Part shown: positions 22,515 through 34,930 of the stretch, in pieces
How the letters are laid out: every line of letters starts with the position of its first letter
Position numbering within the stretch: the stretch's first letter is position 1
DNA from: Emiliania huxleyi CCMP1516
Lineage: Eukaryota
Assembly (NCBI RefSeq): GCF_000372725.1
Contig: NW_005201392.1
Location: 599,660 to 663,659, forward strand
DNA: 64,000 nt
Direction: 5' to 3'
Notes under the pieces: model-generated
Seen by the model: only the letters and a program-made list of their open reading frames with translations
Told to the model about the DNA's origin: nothing
Databases searched by the model: none
Program-made: the position numbers and the translations under genes

Positions 22515-23498
22515 ATGGACAACCTCCGCTTGCCTGCTGCTGCCCGCCCAATACACGCCAGCGACGAAGCGGTCGCAGCCACCCTGCACCGCATGCAGCG
22601 ACGCGCCTCTGTCTGGAGCGAGTGCCTCCCTCGATTGCCAGCCAACAGCACGCATTGTCACCGCCGGGGTCGGCACCTGCTCCACAATTCGCATGGCGCT
22701 GTCCCACGACTGGCCAAGGACCGTCCCCCTCATCCCGAGAGCCCGCTCTACGACGAGGTTCTCTTCTGCCCGCGCCGCCGTGTGGCTTTCATCCACATCT
22801 TCAAGTCTGCGGGCACGACGATTGTCCACGCCCTGAAATCCATGTGCAGGAATTGGGTGCTGGTGTGCCCGTGGCACTTGTATTGCCGTCAAACCCTGGA
22901 CGCTGCCCACGGCACGGTTGGCGAGTATGCCTACTTCACCTTTGTCCGCGACCCAGTTGCACGCTTCACCAGCGGCGTCCTTGAAGCGGCGCTGCGGAAG
23001 AACCTCAAAGTGATTCAAGCCGGCGTGCCGGCAGGGGCTGCTGCAAACACGGCAGAAAACGCAGATGCAATCGCCCGGCGGATCCTCACCGCGTGCGTCG
23101 CCAGTCCGCGCTTGTGCGATGCACATCTCGAGCCCCAGCTCTCCTTCCTCGCGACTCTTCCCTTTCCCAGAGGGCGCCCCAAGCCCGTGAAGCTCGACTA
23201 TCTCGGCTCAGTTGAGCACATTGAGATTGAGCTGCCGGCCATTGTCCAACGCTTCTTTGGCACAGCAGCGGCCGCCAATGTCTCGAGCATGCTGCAGACT
23301 TCACACAGAGTGCGCTCTGAGACAAAACAAGAGCAAGTTCGTCGACTGCTTGGCCGTCTTTCTGGTGTCCGCTACAATCAGAATGTGTCGCAGATCACAT
23401 CGTTTGTGTTCACGCCTGATGATCTGTTGCCGCCTACGATTGCCATGATCCGGCGCGCGTACGGATCGGACGTAGAGTGTTTGCAACTTAATCGATAG
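22515..23498 (+). CDS. sulfotransferase family 2 (carbohydrate sulfotransferase-like), intronless
   Basis: 5'-PSB motif AFIHIFKSAGTTI, 3'-PB motif FTFVRDPVARFTSG, plus DAHLEPQ and LDYLGSVE. Confidence 0.88.
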   Translation: MDNLRLPAAARPIHASDEAVAATLHRMQRRASVWSECLPRLPANSTHCHRRGRHLLHNSHGAVPRLAKDRPPHPESPLYDEVLFCPRRRVAFIHIFKSAGTTIVHALKSMCRNWVLVCPWHLYCRQTLDAAHGTVGEYAYFTFVRDPVARFTSGVLEAALRKNLKVIQAGVPAGAAANTAENADAIARRILTACVASPRLCDAHLEPQLSFLATLPFPRGRPKPVKLDYLGSVEHIEIELPAIVQRFFGTAAAANVSSMLQTSHRVRSETKQEQVRRLLGRLSGVRYNQNVSQITSFVFTPDDLLPPTIAMIRRAYGSDVECLQLNR

Positions 23499-23778
23499 TG
23501 CGCACGGAGTGAAAGAGCATCTTTTTCCCGCCTGAACACGCTATGTTCAGTCTTCAGCGTTTGTCTCTTGTCTGTCGCTTTGTGTTTGTGTCTTGAGGTT
23601 GTCAGCAAAGAAGATTCTATTTATTGCCACACTCTACCAATTAACGGGGCTAAGCCCATCCGACCCCCCGGGACCCACTTACTGAGCACACTGTAGTAGT
23701 TATGGCTGGCGACCCCGCGGCCCGCCGGATGAGGCTGCCGCACCACGCAGTTCTAAGGACTAAGCCATTCTAGCACTT

Positions 23779-24920
23779 CTAAGCCGGCCGACCACCGCCC
23801 GAGCCACCGTGCCCCCAGCCGACGTGCTCCCACCACCAATCCTCCGTCGCGCCGTCCCGTATCCATCGCCAGGCCAGCTGTGCCGACGCGGACCAGGTCG
23901 ACGACTCGGCCGCAGCGCCGTCGCCCACAAAGGAGGTGCCGCCCTGCAATCCGTCCGCACCGTCGAGGGAGCGGCTCGTGTCGAACCCCTCCGCGGCAGC
24001 GACCAAGGCGTCCGGGCGCGAGTTCGCGTCGGCCCATTTGAGGTACGCGCTGAAGTACGGCTCGATGGGCTGCCTCTCATTGTCCACGATCTGGTCCGAG
24101 CAGAGCAGGCGCGGGTGTGAGCAGAGGAGGATCCAGGTCCAGGGGCAGGGTGGGGCCAACTCGATTAAATCTCAGCCGCTCGTGGGCTGTCTGCGGACAG
24201 ATCACCAACACATCTCCAGGTCACAGCTTCAAGCGACCTCGTACGCATAGTACACGAAATCGCCCAGCGCCTTTGACAGGCCGGGGATGAGCTGCAGGAC
24301 CCGGCTATCGCGGCGCCACTTTGCGCACCGCACGACCTCAGCGGTTGAGGAGTTGGCCCTTGGCGGGCATGCGCCAGCGGCAGGGTGTTGGAGGGTCATC
24401 GTGAAGCTGACGGCCGCAGTGGGCACACGGAACGTGAGGCCAAACGGCAGCTTGAGGTGCGGGTAGATCTGGCAGGACTCGAAGTCGTCGCTAAACACAA
24501 AATCGTAGTGGGAGAAGGTCGACTCGGCCTCGCGAAAAAAGCTCATACCCTCCCTGATCGGACAAGGCCGGTTGGTGAGGAGGCGCCGTTCAGATGGCGG
24601 CGACGAGGGTGCGGGATTGGCCTGGTGTTCTGCCACTGCCACGCTCTTCCAAGGATGCTCACACTCACGGTGCGCGTCGCCGGGTCGAACCGATGATAGT
24701 CGGTGTCGCCCATCGAGATGGCCAAGTCCGGCGCGCTGACGCCGGCTGGTATGCTCGACTCTCCAAAAGCGCCCGTTTGGTCGAGCCAGAGCATCCCTTG
24801 CAGTGCGGCAGGGTAGTCAGCCGGCGCCACTGGGAGGACATTCTGCACGTCGTTGTTCCTCAAGAAGGACGGCATGTGCGCGGCGGCAGAGGTCGAGGTT
24901 AGCGCGGCGGCGAGTAGCAT
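23779..24920 (-). CDS. hypothetical, probably secreted protein, 3 exons
   Basis: MLLAAALTSTSAAAHMPSFLRNN...GMLWLDQ...WQWQNT / EGMSFFREAESTFSHYDFVFSDDFESCQIYP...YYAYEV / IVDNERQPIEPYFSAYLKWA...*. Three consecutive coding-like ORFs are joined by two short introns, with a signal-like N-terminus. Confidence 0.7.
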
Positions 24921-25198
24921 ACGCACAACGTACACGGCTTCCAGGAGGTGGGAGCTCGAGGCTAGGAGGCCCTTGAGTCGACTTGAGGACGGGAGCTCGA
25001 GGCTAGGAGTAAGGTCTACGCCCTTACTAGGAGGCCCTTGAGTCGACTTGAGGACTAGGTTTTCGGACCCTTGACTGCAGCTGGAAAAAAATAAAGCTTC
25101 GGCTTCGATGTTATGAAAACAAACGCAAGGCGGACAAATTTTTTTGTCCATTCCGTTTCAAAAAGAAAGCAGAAAGATGAGGACGCGGCACCTGCAAC

Positions 25199-25789
25199 AT
25201 GTGGTCGTCGGTTCGGGAGTCGCTGCAGGGGGCTGCTGGAGCGCTCGCAGAGGTGAGCGCCGACGTTGCGTCGGAGGCGACCCGACTTACAGTCGTCGCA
25301 GCAAATCACGCGGGTCGGCTCGCTGAACGGACGAGGCTGTATGCGCAGGTGACAGCGAAGCAGCAGCGAATTGCGCTGATCAAGCAGAGCTGGGGTTCAG
25401 ACTCGTACGACGCCATGGATGCGGGCGACATCGCGACGGTCGCGACCAACTTTCACCGCGCAAAGGCAGAGATCCAGCGGGTCGAAGAGGAGATCGAGGC
25501 CAAGCTGATCGAGATCGCGGCCCTTGACGCCGCGCCGGCGCAGTCGGCCGAGACTGCCGTGCAGCAGCTCCCGTCGTCGTATTCCGTGGATGCGTGGCCC
25601 GGCGGCGGTGCGGCGGAGGCCCGCATTCAGGAGGCCGTGCCCGCAATGCCTGTCGTCACTGCAGTGCCTGGCGTCATGATCGGCACCGCAGTCTCTGCGA
25701 TACCCGAGGCGCTGCCTAGGGCGCTGCCTGCCCGAGCCAAGCCAGAGGAAGGTGTGGCTGAGAGCTCAGAGGATGAAGGTGGGGTGTAG
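25199..25789 (+). CDS. hypothetical 196-aa coiled-coil protein, intronless
   Basis: ATG-to-TAG ORF with typical codon bias and heptad stretch RAKAEIQRVEEEIEAKLIEIAAL. It lies divergent from the previous gene across an AT-rich spacer. Confidence 0.7.
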   Translation: MWSSVRESLQGAAGALAEVSADVASEATRLTVVAANHAGRLAERTRLYAQVTAKQQRIALIKQSWGSDSYDAMDAGDIATVATNFHRAKAEIQRVEEEIEAKLIEIAALDAAPAQSAETAVQQLPSSYSVDAWPGGGAAEARIQEAVPAMPVVTAVPGVMIGTAVSAIPEALPRALPARAKPEEGVAESSEDEGGV

Positions 25790-27351
25790 TCACGTTTCAC
25801 ATACTTTGAAGAACAAAAGGGGCAAGCACCCAGCTTGCCCGGTGCGGTCGCACGGCTTTACGTACTCGCTCTCGTCGCGGCTCTCTGGTCTCTCGGGTCT
25901 CGGCTTACGGCTATCTTTTGATCGGCATCCTTGTGTATGTGACCTTCGAATGTGACCTGTTTACGTCACGCCGGATCACAGCGACACGGGACCACGAGTC
26001 AAGAGAGAGATTTTCACCTGCTCTGAGAAGAGAACCAGGGCGGGGTGGTGTGGAGAGAGAGCCACTAGTAGAGTGCGCACTACGGCTTTAGGGAGAGCGA
26101 GAGGGTGGGAAAAGTAACCCGTGAAACGCGAACGATCGTGGCTGCTGCACGAACGGCTGCGATTCAGCGGTCGTGCCGCTGAGCGTTCAGGTCGAGCTCG
26201 GCGAGCTGAGCAAGATCATCCAGTGGCAGTCAGTCAGTGCGCAGTGGCGCGACAGCTGGAATCGACAACAAACAAACGTCTCATTAAGATCGGCTACCAG
26301 GGGCTCCAGGCCCCAAATGATGTGTGAGTGTTAGAGTTGTTTGGTATTGCTCTCGTAAAAATCTCTCTCTGAATCGCAAGCGTTGAGGAACGGCGAACGC
26401 GAGAAGATCGCGTTTCGCGTTTCAGGTCCTTCAAAGGTAAGCTCGCCCCGACCGAGTCTCCAGCCGAGCCGGTGGCCGACAGACATCTATCTGCACATAC
26501 ATATCACCGGCCTCATCGATCGATCGACGAGGCCATCCATGGCGGGGTCCAGCAACTCGAGAAGAGAAGATTCCAGAGTATCGACCTCTGGCTTGTCAGT
26601 CGCGGTCAGACACTTGATGACCCCCATGAAGTACAGCGATCGCCACCTCGCTGGCCTCTCCGCAAGGCCCCCCGACCGCGTCGAACTCATCGGCGCGGGC
26701 TCTCTCGGCTACGGGACCGGCCCCAGCTTCGGCTGAGGGCAGACAAGCTGCCGAGCCCAAATCACTGTGAGAGTCGTGATTTCTTGTTGGGTTTCAAAAA
26801 TCTCTCTCTCTCTCTCGCAACTCGCCCTGAGCGTTTCCTCTTTCAACGAAGGCCCCTCTACGCTCCATCCAGCAATAAAATATTCTTAGCTTCAAGCCCC
26901 CCTCCGAGACTAGGGACAGAACCACACCAGTATAGACCAGAGGGACTGCGCCTCGCCCCCACTTGCCCTGACTGCACAGGATAGCGTGCCCCGATAACGG
27001 CGACACATAGTGGGGGACACTGCGCAAGGAGGGGGTGCGAAGGCTCATTGGGGTGCTAGGTGGGACCATGAGGGGGGGTGGGCGGGGTCCTGTGGGGGTG
27101 AAATGTTGCGCGGCGAATTCGAACCTACCCCCTCGCCGCGCCGATCCTCGCGCGGAGGGTAAAACCCTGTGGGACAAAACCCCCCCGCGGTCGGCAGTCT
27201 TCAGAGTGGACCCCCCCCTCCCCAGCCTCCCCTGTGCATCTCGCACCCCCCCCCGCTCCCCATCGGTGACTCGCGAAGGACACGGACACTCGGGGTGAGG
27301 GGGGGTCCCCCCGGAGGGGGCTCTGGGGCATTGTTGGGTTGATCGCTCGTG

Positions 27352-27640
27352 CCGATCTCGGGTCGATCTCGGGTCGATCTCGGGTCGATCTCGGGTCGAT
27401 CTCGGGTCGATCTCGGGTCGATCTCGGGTCGATCTCGGGTCGATCTCGGGTCGATTTCGGGTCGATCTCGGGTCGGTCTCGGGTCTCGGGTCGGTCTTGG
27501 GTCGGTCTCGGAGTGGTCTAGAGAAGAAAAAACGGGGCGAGATGAGGGGCGAGATGAGGCGAGGTGAGGCGAGGTGAGGGGGGCGAGATGAGGTGAGATG
27601 AGGCGAGATGAGGCGAGATGAGGCGAGATGAGGCGAGGTG
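27352..27640. repeat. tandem arrays (GGGTCGATCTC)n and (GAGATGAGGC)n
   Basis: 11-bp unit at 27352-27510 and 10-bp unit at 27538-27637. Confidence 0.92.
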
Positions 27641-28046
27641 TAGTAAGACATAAAAAGAAACTCCCGGGAGAGCCTTCCGCGTCGTCATTGGTAAAAGAAA
27701 GAAAGAAAACAGACACCCAAGGGAGGGATGGGAGACGGCACGCCGCCACCACACAGGGATTTTAAGGAGAAGAGTGTGGTGCTAGCCGTCGCCCACCCTA
27801 ACCCTTGGTCGTCTGCCTCTTTCTATCTCCCTTCGCAGTCCCTCGCCGATTCTCGCTGCAACCTTCATGCCACCTCGCGGTCGTCCCACCCACTCTCGTC
27901 GTTCTCCCTCCTGTCGCTTCCTCCTCTTGTCGCGTCGCTCTCGTCTGCCTCGTCCTGCGACGCCGCCGCCGCCTGCCGATCCCTTGGGGAAAAACGAAAG
28001 AAAACGGACAACCCAAGGGAGGGATGGGAGGACGGCACGCCGCCAC

Positions 28047-28535
28047 CTTAGGGTACCCCTAGGGTTCTGAGGGCCGGATTGTTTTAAGACCTTTTAAGAA
28101 ATGAGGAGGTTTGGGGGCTCAAATTGTCATTTAAGAGATTGCAGGCACGGGGGGTCCCTCTTTTAAGTCCGTTTAAGAAAATCGGCCTCACCGGCACGCG
28201 TCGCTGGGTTCCGCGCCGGTTTCTCCAATACTGCCGTTATTAGGCACGAACCCGCCACTGAAGACACATCTGTAAGTCTGGTGCACTGGCGGGAGCCATA
28301 CTCGCATAGGGGACGCGTGCCAGCTGACTGTAGCCAGCTTCCCGGCCTCCGGCGTCTACCGGGGAGCCTCCCGGACCATCGACCTCTCGGGAGCTCTCCC
28401 GCACCGTTTAAGCGTTTAAGACCGTTTAAGGAATCGGCGGCCCAGCAGCTCTTAAAACCTGCCATGGCAGGTTTTAAGCCGTTTAAGCCGCAGGCGCCCC
28501 AGGGCCCACCCCTTTAAGCCTAGGGGTACCCTAAG
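28047..28535. mobile_element. 489-bp MITE with perfect 17-bp TIRs and 8-bp TSD (hAT-like)
   Basis: TIR CTTAGGGTACCCCTAGG ... CCTAGGGGTACCCTAAG. TSD GCCGCCAC at 28039-28046 and 28536-28543. Many internal TTTAAG motifs. An uninterrupted copy of the target site lies at about 27735-27765. Confidence 0.9.
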
Positions 28536-28912
28536 GCCGCCACCACACAGGGATTTTAAAGTTCCGTGTCTGAGTACGCAAGTTTTTTTTTAGAGGATGG
28601 TGGATGCCCGGCATAATGTCTCGTATGGAGCGGCGTTTCCAGTTACCAGGGGCTCCAGGCCCCAAATGATGTGTGAGTGTTAGAGTTGTTTGGTATCGCA
28701 AAAAATCTCTCTCTGCAGCTCTCTGAATCGCAAGCCGGTTGAGGAAAGAGAAGATTTGTTGGCGTTTCAGGCACTTCCTCACCGCGATTGGTACACCCTC
28801 CCTAGTAAGACATAAAAAGAAACTCCCAGTGGCACGGGACTGGCGCGCAGTGGCACTCACACGAAAAAAAGAACTCCACCGCGCCCGCGCCCTATCACTG
28901 ACGAGGCGTAGC

Positions 28913-31900
28913 ATGGCAACAGTTGGGCCGAACGAGCGGCATTTCCCATCGCTTCCCACCTTCCTACATTCTTCCTACTACTCGCTCGGCAAACTCTCCA
29001 GCGCGCCCGCCGCTTCGCACGACGTCTCCGGCGAGGCTGCGCTCGCCGCCGCCGTCCACGAGAGGTCCTTCAAAGGCGAGCTCATCGTCTTCTCGTTCAA
29101 CTTTTGCGCCATCCCGGAGGTGAGACACAAGCCATTTAGCAGGTCAAAAGACCCACAGGCACGTACTCGCTCCGGATTGCGGACACACGCGAGCACTGCA
29201 CCGGTCTCGCCACACATGCATCGGAGGCCGATCTCACACGCGAGCCTGCTCCTCCACTGCCCCGCCGACCCTCGGCAGGCGATCAACGCAGCGCTGATGC
29301 TGCGGCAGGCTGGTCTCGGCCGCCCGCCTGACACGTCCATGACACGTCGGAGACGCCGCACGACATGCTCCGCAGGCCGGTTTTGCCCACTTCATGCCGC
29401 TCAGCGACGGCCGCGCGACCTGCGAGGCGATGCGGCAGCAGCTCGCACGCGCCGATGCCGAGGCGCACGCCTCGACGCCGTGCTACTTCGCGTCGGCGCC
29501 CAACTCGCTCGGCGGCTGAGGCTGCGGCGCGGCTGGTCTCGTTGTGTAGCTGGCTCCGGACGTGGTGCCCGTCACGTATGCTAGGCGGCTGGGCCTCGTG
29601 GGGCGGCGGCGCGGGCGGCGTCCGTGCGGAGCGGTCGCAAGGACACGTCCACACGACACGTCCGTGGCGTCTCCTGCAGGCGCGGGCTGCGTCAGTGCTG
29701 AGCAGGTGAGCCCAGCGCGCCCGTGCGCCGTCGAGCAGCTGTGGTACGTCCGGTACGCTGTCGCGGCGCGCTTGCTGCGCCAGGCACCACGCGACCAGCG
29801 ACCAGCGCCCCACTGCTCTTCGGCGCTGTTCATGCCGCGTACCCAGCGATGCACTCACTCCAGCTGTCTAGACCAGCGCAGCCATCAGCATGCTGTGGCT
29901 CTGACAGGCCGAGGCGAGAGGCGCGTCTAGAGAGCGAGTCTTGTCCCCTCCTCCCTTGTCCCCTCCTCTAGAGAGCGAGTCTTGTCCCCTCCTCCCTTCC
30001 CTGCCGCCACCCGCCAGGGCTCCTCTCCCTCGAGACACCGACGCTGATGTCCTTGTTCGCATTGTTCTACCGCCAGGTGGGCGGGCTCCTCTTCCTCGAT
30101 ACCGACTTTGCCCTGCTGCGCGACCCCTACACGCAGCTCAAGGCACCGCCGCTCAGCCGCGCGTCCCTCGTCCTGATGCCCGACCTGCGCGGGTCCGCCA
30201 CACCGGTCAACGCCGGGCTCTGGTACGCGCAAGGCGAGGCGAGTAGTGCGCACAAGGGAGACTCGGCGGCACAGGAGGCGGCACGGACGGGGCGCAGACG
30301 CCAGACGGGGTGGCACGTAGTTCCGCCAGACCACTCGTCCACCCATGGTGAGGGAGCTGCCACCGTGTCGGCGCAGTGCCGGCAGCACTGAGGACGCAGA
30401 CTGCCGACTCCGCGCGGGGACTCCTGTATCTCGACTGCACCTCGGCTGTATCTCGGCTGCACCTCGACTGCACCTCGGCTGCACCTCGGCTGCACCTCGG
30501 CTGCACCTCGGCTGTACCTCGGCTGTACCTCGGCTGTATCTCGCCTCCTCAGGCGCGGGTGCGCCCTCCTCCGCTGCCCGTTGGGTGGTTGAGCAAGTCG
30601 CTCGCCGGACCGAGGTCAAATCTCCCCACATCTCCCCACATCGCCCTGCCGAGGTCCCGCTGCTACCTCTGCCTCCCTCCTCCCTCCCCGTCGCCTCTCT
30701 CCACTACCAATTCCCTTGCCGGTGGGCCCCCCCCCCCCCCCACACCCACCCACCCACCCACCCGCGCGCGCCTACCGTCCCCCCCAGGCGGTGATTCGGC
30801 TGCCGACACCGCGCAAGCAGCTGCCGCCGTACGACCAGGCGGAGATATGGGGAGATATGGAGAAGGGGGGGGATAGGGAGGAGATTGCGAGCAGCTGCAA
30901 CAGCCGTACAACCAGCCAGGCGAAGCTAGTCGGGTAGAAGCAGCCTCCCTTGGAACGATCGGCCCCCCCTATCCACGCCCGAAGCGACTAGCGACAGGGG
31001 TGTGTGTGTGGCCCAACTCCACCGGGCGATGCTCATCGATGCCCTCGCCTCGGCGGTCACCTCTCCCCACCTCTCCCCACCTCCTCTCCCCACCTCTCCC
31101 CACCTCTCCCCACCCCTCCCCACCTCTCCCCACCTCTCCCCCACCTCTCCCCACCTCCCCCCACCTCTCCCCACCTCTCCCCACCTCTCCCCACCTCTCC
31201 TCTCCCCACCTCTCCCCACCTCTCCCCACCTCTCCCCCACCTCTCCCCCACCTCTCCCCCACCTCCCCCCACCTCTCCCCACCTCTCCCCACCTCTCCCG
31301 ACCAGGCCATGCTGAATGACGCCCTCGCCTCGGCATCCCGCGGCGTCTCGACGGCCTCGTACATGTGTGCCCCCACCCCAACCATCACCCTCACCCTAAC
31401 ATGTCGAACATTGTCGAACATGGTCGCCCTCGCGTCGCCGCCTCCTCCCTTCCCACCCGTCCTCCTTGACTGCTCGGCTCAACACCTCACCTCCACCCCG
31501 CCAGCTCCCCCCCGCAAGCCCCACACCACCAACTCCACACAAAAACACAACCCAAGACGCACAAGCAAGCACAGACAGTCGAGAAGGGAGAGACAGCAAC
31601 TTCACCCGCCCTCCACCCCACCGCGCGTGTCGCCGCCACTCAACCGGCTGCCCTCTCCTCTCCTCCCCTCTCCTCCCCTCAGGTGCATTCACCCTCGTGT
31701 CGCCGCCTCCTCCCTCTGCGCGAGCGGAGGAGGGAGGCCCCGGCCACAGCTGCCCTGGCTGCGAGAGGATGGCGTGCGCTGGCGCGACGTCGCCGAGATC
31801 CAGCCGAGATCCAGCCGAGAGACAGCCGAGAGCCAGCCGAGAGCCAGCCGAGATCCAGCAACTCTCTGGTGCCGGTCGCACACAGGCTATCTCTCTCGGC

Positions 31901-34900
31901 CGTACCTCGGCTGCATCTCGGCTGCACCTCGGCTGTACCTCGGCTGCATCTCGGCTGCATCTCGGCCGTACCTCGGCTGCATCTCGGCTGCATCTCGGCT
32001 GTATCTCGGCTGTATCTCGGCTGTATCTCGGCTGTATCTCGACTGTATCTCGACTGTATCTCGGCTGTATCTCGACTGTATCTCGACTGTATCTCGACTG
32101 TATCTCGACTGTATCTCGACTGTATCTCGACTGTATCTCGGCTGTATCTCGGCTGTATCTCGACTGTATCTCGACTGTATCTCGACTGTATCTCGGCTGT
32201 ATCTCGGCTGTATCTCGTTAGGCTGCGCCTCTCTGTGCCGACGGCGCGGAATACAAGCGTCGAGGAGGGAGGCGGGGCGGCGGCGCAGGCCCATCCCTGC
32301 CCCCCGCCTCCCTCCCTCCCTCCCTCCCCACTTACCTCCCTCCCTCCCTCCCCACTTCCCTCCCTCCCTCCCTCCCTCCCCCCCCCTCCCTCCCCGCCAC
32401 TTCCCTCCCCACCGCCCCAGTCCCGGTACAAAACAGAGAAACACAACTCGCCGATAGGCTCCGCTGGGCGAGCGTGCGGCGCTGGCGCCGCCGTCGCTCT
32501 TCCCGACGGGGTGGGAGGCGCAGCGCTCGGGCGCGCTCTCGCCCTTGCGCAGCGACGCGCCGGCGCTCGTGCATCTGCTCGGCGCCCGGCGCTCCGGGTC
32601 TTCGGCAGCAGTCCTCGACCTCGTGCTCCTGACTTCTTGATCACTCGGCAGGTGTCCGGTGCCATACCCCCACAGTACCCGAACCCATCCCCTACCCCCA
32701 CAGTACCGAACCCGGCAGGCGTCCGGTGCCGCTGGTGCGGCAGCAGCCTCGACCTCGACGCGTCTGCAAAGTCTGAGCGGGCGGCTGGGTGGCGGGTCAT
32801 GTGAGTAGCCGCGCCGGTCGTCACCGACGCAATATTTCCTCAGGTGCCCCACTAGCATACACATCCCACTCGCTCATGTCGGAACCGTCGGAGAAGAGCG
32901 ACTAGCACACCTCAAGAGTCCCAGACACGGCGAGGAGTCCCACACTCCCTGTGTGATGCACGCCCTGCGAGCGGGGCGGGGTGGTGCGCGACTGCGCGGC
33001 CCTGATCACTGAGTCGCGACTCGACTCGTGAGGGGCGAGTACTGGTTGAACACTCAGCTGTTACCTCAGGTTTGAGTGGGCGGCGCTCTCGGGCTACTTC
33101 GCCGCGGCGGCGCTCCGCCCCTCGTCCGTCTCCCGCGGGTCGCCGGAGCTGTACGGCCGACACGATGCTAGATGCGGCTCGCATGTCCTGTGGCATTCAA
33201 ACCGGGGCTCGAGGCGTCTCTCTTCTAGCTCCGGCTGTGCCCAGCTGTGCTCACCGCAGCCCGCGCATTCACGCAAACACACAGCCCCGGGCCCAGATCG
33301 CACGCCTCGGACAGTCGAGGACGGGCAGGCAGACAGAGAGCGACTAGTCGGACAGGCAGACAGAGAGCGACTAGTCAGACAGGCAGGCAGAGAGCGACTA
33401 GTCAGACAGGCAGACAGAGAGCGACTAGTCAGACAGGCAACGCCGAGTCCCACGGTAGGCTAGCGCGATGCCCGCCTCTAAGCGCGACCCACGCGATGCT
33501 CCGAACACACCGCACGGGGCCGTGCTCTCACGCCCCGACGTTGGCGCATCCACCGCGCGCAGGCCGACGCTGCCCCGCGCGCCACCACGCGCTCCGGTGG
33601 GAGGCGGGGCCTCTGCTTCGTGCGTCGCCGCGGGACGTCCAGGCGGCGGAGCGGTCGGACGACGGGGGCGCGCCGCCCGCAAGGGACGTACGTCCCGCTC
33701 GCTGACCGACCATAGACGGAGGCGTCTGCACCTTGCACAGGCGCCGCCGCCCGCGTGCTCATCCGTGCCCTCGTCAGCCTGGCTGTTGCCACCGGCCGGC
33801 AGGCCGTGCTGCCTTCCTTCCGCTGCTCCGCGCCGTGGATCGAGAGCGCTAGGTGGCCAGCCGCCGTCCGCACGCCGACGGGCCGCTGCGCGCCGTGCAA
33901 TGTCGAGGCCCTTTTCTTGACCCTCCTCCTCCTCCCCCCCCGCCCCCGGCGCCGTGAACGGCGTCTCTTCACGGCCGTCTCGCCGTGAACAGGTCACTTG
34001 CAGACCGCACGCCCTCCCCGAGTCGCTGGCGGGGGGGGCGGCGGGCGGCACGGGCGGCGACGGCGGGGCGGTGGTGGACGTGCGAGCGCTCGCGGATGGT
34101 CTCGAGACAGCCGATGCGGAACTCACACCACGCCATTCACTGTGCCGAGTCTCCGATCCACAGTCGAGCCGTGTTGAGCCGTGTCGCTCGCGCGGCGCTC
34201 CGAATACACCGAGACGAGACTTGACCTCAGGCCCTGGGAGCCGAAGCGATCTCACCCTAGGTGGGCGGCTGCTCGACACACTCTCGGCGCTGACCGGGCC
34301 GGCGGCGGTGGTGGCCGCCAACTTAACGACGGCGCAGATCGCCGCCACGGCGGACGGTCTCGACGCGCCCCTCCTCGTTGGGCACCCGCGGCTGGCGCGC
34401 GCGGTCGCCTCGAACCTACGAGGAGTCTCTGGCGCACCCGGGAGGGCGGGGCAGGCTTGCAGAGATGCCGCCGAGAGACCGCTCCAAGAGGCAGCACAGT
34501 TGTCTGAACGGATATAGACCCCCCCCCCCCCCGCCCCCTCCCGACCCCCCTCTTCTCCACCCTCGGAACCCTCCGCCCCCGGAGCCAGGCCTACTTTCGC
34601 GCGGCGGATGAGGTCGACGCCGCCGAACGCGTGGCTCGCTGGCGCAAGGAGGTCGCACAGCGCGGCAGCGGCGGCCGCTCTCCCCTCTCCCTCCGCCTGG
34701 GCGCCGTGTGCAGCGACCTGCTCTGCTCTGACGAGGCGTGCCACGCAGCGGCGCTCCGAAAGTGCAACGAGGCGTCGCAGCACGCGGGGAAGGCGCAATG
34801 GACAGGCGAGGTCGTGGACCGGCAGCGAGCTGCGCGCTGCAGAGAGTGGCTGAACGCGCTGCCAAAGGCGCAGCGCCCCGTCTGCGACGGCGTGCTTGGC

Positions 34901-34930
34901 GAGTGTATCGTGCCTGACCCACCACCATAA
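28913..34930 (+). CDS. nucleotide-diphospho-sugar transferase (GT77-like), many exons; model approximate
   Basis: Exons give ELIVFSFN, LWYVRYAVAARLLRQ, LLFLDTDFALLRDPY (DxD), PVNAGLWY, PYDQAMLND, PPSLFPTGW...LVHLLG, LIRALVSLAVATGRQAVLPSFRC and a Cys-rich last exon ending TAA at 34930. Confidence 0.75.
31058..31298. repeat. 10/11-bp tandem repeat (CTCTCCCCAC)n, intronic
   Basis: More than 20 copies. Confidence 0.93.
31895..32216. repeat. 11-bp tandem repeat (CTCGRCTGYAT)n, intronic
   Basis: About 28 copies; the same family occurs at 30425-30543. Confidence 0.95.
33325..33438. repeat. 27-bp minisatellite (ACAGGCAGACAGAGAGCGACTAGTCAG)x4
   Basis: Four near-identical tandem units. Confidence 0.9.

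Noticed and set aside
31000..32864. Long ORFs with SRLYLDCI / PPLPTSPH repeats
   Set aside because: They are translations of intronic 10-11-bp satellites.
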